DNA from: Squalus acanthias
Taxonomy: Eukaryota
Direction of reading: 5' to 3'
DNA: 64,000 nt
NCBI GenBank assembly: GCA_030390025.1
Contig: CM059431.1
Span: forward strand, 21,576,001 to 21,640,000
Both the position numbers and the translations under genes were made by a program. Numbering within the stretch: the stretch's first letter is position 1; every line of letters begins with the position of its first letter. The notes below the pieces were generated by a model. That model saw only the letters and a program-made list of their open reading frames with translations. It was not told where the DNA came from and did no database searches. Below are positions 60,152 to 64,000 of this stretch, piece by piece.

Positions 60152-61539
60152 ATGTTGAGGCTGCCGCGAAACACGAATGGAGGCTGAATCCATATGTGGA
60201 AAACAAGAAACTTTTATTCACTGCATGGCACACAAAATGGCTGAGAGAAAACCTGCTCCCAGAATTCTCTGCTAAAAACTCTCAGAATTCTCTGGGTAAA
60301 ACCTGAGGTCCCGCCCCCTTCTGCCTTAAAGGTAATGTGCCTTAAAGGGGAAGGTGCTGGAAATTTGTCCACAGACGGAAGAGTGGATTATGCCCGTTTT
60401 AGGTGGCAATCCGCCACAATACCCTCTATCCGTTTAATTATCGAACCCCTAAGTTACAACCTTTATATTCTGCTCCCCCTCCTTGAATTTCCTCCTGCTG
60501 ATTGGTGCTTTGGTTCGCACTCTGGTCATTCTCCATGTAGCCTTCCTCCTTATCCCCACAGGTAGGGAGTATATTATACCTGTTGGATAAGATCAGTTTC
60601 TGCTGTTACTCCTTCTCTGGTTCTGCTAGGATCCCCCTACCCTGCTGATTGTCAGTCATATTTTTTCAGTGACTGCCAGGTGGATTGTCACATATCCATC
60701 CTCGCTTTAGTCAAACTTACTGAATTGAAGTATGGTGCATCCTGAGACAAGACTTATGCTTTTGCCCCCCTAAAAAATGATGCTACTCCACTGCCACTTA
60801 CAATTGCAATGAACTTAAGTTCTCAAGACCAGGAAGTCCATCTTCAAGGGTAGTGACTTTGCGTTGGACAAGCAGAAGTATTTGGAAATGTTGAGGATGG
60901 TAGCTTTGCCCTAATTTGAATGGATTTTGACCTTTTAATGAGGCTTGCGTGCTCCAGCAGTGTGAACCTCCTGAGCCTTCAGCACTGCCCAGTTAGAAAA
61001 TACCGGGCAACGAGCTGCCGGTGCATTTACAGTGCTCCGATTAGAGCTCGATTCTCTCCCCCTGCACCTGGTGCAGCCATGGGTCATAGCTGCATGGGAA
61101 TGGCAAGTTTACCCTTACAAAGCTAAATAAACTCTGTCCAAACTTGAATATTGTTATATTTGAGAAGGCTGTCTGGCACCTCTCATACTATTGCTCAGGA
61201 AACAAGAACAATTTTTTATTTGATAGACAATGTTTCTCTCACCTCTGGACTCCAGGTCCCAGCCGTAGAAATTCCATGCCATTTTCATCTTAATTTCAAC
61301 ATATAATCAGGACAAGTAACTTTTAAATAGCAAAATGGGGCAGAAACCATTTACGGCAGTTTTCTGCCCCAAAATCGATCCCCCTGAATTCCCTTGTGCT
61401 TTTGGGCCCTTCCTGTGATCCACCCGCCCAGTCTTAAGTGAATGAATTTACATATATTATAACGAGGGCCAATAGTGTTGCCGCTCTAAGTTTTCTGCTT
61501 TTACAATTGCAAAGTACTCGGGATAGGTTAGACTCAGAA

Positions 61540-62190
61540 TTATAGAATTACATAGAAATTACAACATGGAAACAGGCCATTCGCCCCAACCAGCCCATGA
61601 TGGTGTTTATCCTTGATGAGCAGTAGTCCTGGTGCCATGTACCGGATCTGTTCCTATCTCCCCTTTATTCTTCTTTCCTTCAACCGCCACTCTAACTTAT
61701 TCTAGACCATGATATAGTCTCTGCTTCAATCACTAATTCTGGTAGTGCATGCCATAGCCTCACAACCCTCTCCAGCTATTTGCCCTAAATCTCTTAACAT
61801 TTAATCTTATATCTATTTGCCCTTGTTCCAGACCTCTGAACTATTGGAAATAGTCTGTTTCTACCTACTCTGTCCCTTGCCTTCATAATTTTAAACACGC
61901 CTCTCAAAGCACCACATAATCTATATTCTAACGAAAACAGCCCTAATTTTTCTAGTCTTCTTATTCTTATTTTGTTATACTAGGAAGCATCCCAGTGACT
62001 CTGTGCTGTACCCTCGCTATTGCCTCCATATCCTTCTTATAGTTTTGGGCCCAAAACTGCGCAAGGTATTCCAACTGTGATATTACTATGGTTTTATATA
62101 GGTTCATTCATCATTAAATCTCAACTGTTATATTCTTTACCTCTTGCCCTAAATCCAATATTCTGTTAGCCTTTTTATGGCTTTATCCAC
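61540..62190 (-). mobile_element. Decayed CR1 3' fragment
   Basis: Tail ATAGAATTACATAGAAATTAC and reverse-complement remnants of LYKT..LEY..QFW.P. Confidence 0.55.
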
Positions 62191-62199
62191 TAAGACTAT

Positions 62200-63560
62200 C
62201 GAATTCCCCCCAGGTGAAAGTATCTGAGTTGGGGTATGCGAGTGAGGAAGCAAGTAATAGCAAGTGCCATTGAGGGAGTTGGGGCAGAAGATCTTGCTCC
62301 AGGGACACTTGTGTGGCCTGGTCAACATGATCCTCTTTCTCATCATCATTGTCATAGTTAACAAGGAAGAAATTTCTTCCCTCCAACTCCTCATCATCAC
62401 CACCATCATCCTCCTCCTCTTTTTCATCCTTTGTCTCCCATTGCTGTGATGGAGCTGCAGGAAAGACGGGTATAAGCTAAGAGTGGGTGAGCATTACCCC
62501 CTTGGGATTAAGGAGACAGAGAAGGGGATAGAAGCTTGTGGCTGTGTGATAGTTCACAGGGGTGCCACATATTAGTCACTAACCTGGAGCCGACAATATG
62601 CCCCTGACCTCACCAGCTCCCACGGAAAGAGGAGTGCGTTCCCATGAGCTCCATGGCCTTCTCCTTGTAGGTCATGGGATGTTTCAGGTAGGGGATGTCC
62701 TTCCGATGGACTGCAGCTCGCAGGTATTTTGTGCGCCGTTTTCTCCTAGCAGTTGAGTGTGTGCCAAATGCAAAGGAGAACTGAAATGAGAGATGTGGTG
62801 ATATCACCTTGTTAAAGTAGAGAAAAAGGTTTTGGAGTTGTGCATGCAAGTAATTGCTGTGAGGGGAGATAGCTAGCCAAACTGTGAGATCCTGAGCCAT
62901 GCCCCCTTAACCGGAGTGGATTGTGAAGGGTTAGTTATATAGGTTTTACTTTTAGAAGGTGCAGAGTCTATGCCCAACGAATAAAAGGGAGAGTGGCCAA
63001 TATTGCCTTCCCTGGTGAGGCCATTAAACTTTTAATAGCACTGATTTGAAGTCCTGGGGGTGAGAGATTTGACACATGGTGACAATGCCAGCTTCCTCCA
63101 TCTGGTACAAGTTACCTTTAGGGTAAGTTTCCTGCCATGGGCTCCCAACACTCTGTCCCTCCTCTGCTTTATTTCATCAAGGAGAGTTTGCACGTCAGAC
63201 TCAGACACTGTCATTCTTTTCTCTACCTCAGTGTTATGCCCTTGTTCCTTTTTCGGCTGCCTCTTCCAGTTTTTCCTCAGTTAGACATTTGTGTAAAATA
63301 GCACAAAAACAGTTATAAGACATCCAGCCAAGTTAGCTGACACCCAACTGACTGAACTGTGCGCTGTTCCTTATACTTACCTGCTGCTCCCCCTGACTGC
63401 TGTGGTAATCTTAGACCTGAACTGGCTTTTTAAGTGTTGCAGTCTAATTTCTATGCAGTCCGGCTGTAATTTTACACAGGTTTTACACCAATCACTACTC
63501 CAATAGGTATGCAAATGAGCTGAGCGAGGAAATTCTTGTGTTCCAGACCATTGGCAGGCA
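62200..63560 (-). pseudogene. Harbinger Myb/SANT-like DNA-binding ORF remnant with a downstream acidic region
   Basis: VSESDVQTLLDEIKQRRDRVLG...TRWRKLA...PRTSNQCY*KFNGLTR at ~63010-63214, and an acidic EEEEDDGGDDEE stretch at ~62390-62425. Confidence 0.6.
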
Positions 63561-63644
63561 CAACTTATTTTCCATTGGCGTAGTAGCAGTGAAACTCACT
63601 GAGTGATAAGGCTAGGCAGCTTTCTCCATCACAATCTTTGGGGT

Positions 63645-64000
63645 GGAAAAAATGTTCTTGAACATGCTGTCACTTCCCAAATCCGTGCCCATCTTTCCCG
63701 GAGCTCCATGTTTGAATCTCTCCAATCAGGTTTCCGACCCACCACAGTGCTTAAACAGCTCTTATCAAAGTCACAAATGACTGTGACAGAGATAAACTAT
63801 CTCTCCTCGTCCTTCTCAACCTGTTTGCAGCCTTTGACATGGTTGACCACACCATCCTCCTCCAACACCTCTCCACAGTCGTCCAGCTGGATAGAACTGT
63901 ACTCGCCTGATTCCATTCTTATCTATCCAGTCATAGCCAGTGAATCACCTGCAATGGTTTCTCTTCCCACTCCTGCACCGTTACCTCTTGGCCCCCTCCT
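63645..64000 (+). mobile_element. L2-type LINE RT fragment
   Basis: Remnants of ESLQSGFRP.H, AAFDMVDHTILLQHL and W(*)FHSYLS. Confidence 0.7.

Larger units (their letters stand above)
55271..60418 (-). mobile_element. Complete Ty3/Gypsy LTR retrotransposon, CsRn1-like clade
   Basis: LTRs at 60153-60418 (5') and 55271-56296 (3', interrupted) with TG..CA ends, 4-bp TSD ATAC, tRNA-Trp PBS, PPT GGGGGGAG and gag-PR-RT-RH-IN order. Confidence 0.93.
52230..60700 (-). mobile_element. Old CR1 LINE (endonuclease and ORF1 remnants) hosting nested MITEs and the Gypsy element
   Basis: VTLLGVYYRAPNS...MENFNYPQINW at 54182-54415 and esterase remnants at 54900-55260. The sequence resumes after 60419. Confidence 0.6.

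Overview
Vertebrate DNA, almost certainly from a shark or other chondrichthyan, judged by HE1/V-SINEs, SacSINE1-like Deu-SINEs and esterase-type CR1 LINEs. The only host gene is the 5' end of FCHSD2 on the minus strand: coding exon 1 at 1388-1408, exon 2 at 415-512, and a CpG-rich promoter at about 1.4-2.2 kb. The remaining ~62 kb upstream is a deeply nested transposon landscape. It holds two near-complete CR1 LINEs, a complete GC-rich CsRn1-type Ty3/Gypsy element (tRNA-Trp PBS, ATAC TSD), a 1-kb solo LTR, PIF/Harbinger transposase and Myb/SANT remnants with related MITEs, hAT MITEs and L2 fragments. At least seven Penelope-like (PLE) insertions or fragments from two families carry nine minimal hammerhead ribozyme motifs (one truncated, two mutated). 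Their loop-less palindromic stem III points to dimer-type cleavage. Other highlights: inverted-pLTR hairpins, a 234-bp ribozyme-bearing mini-element, an unclassified ~0.65-kb repeat in two inverted copies bracketing 19 kb, and a CR1 ORF1 given a start codon by a MITE ATG. All calls are by-eye motif recognition; no searches were run.
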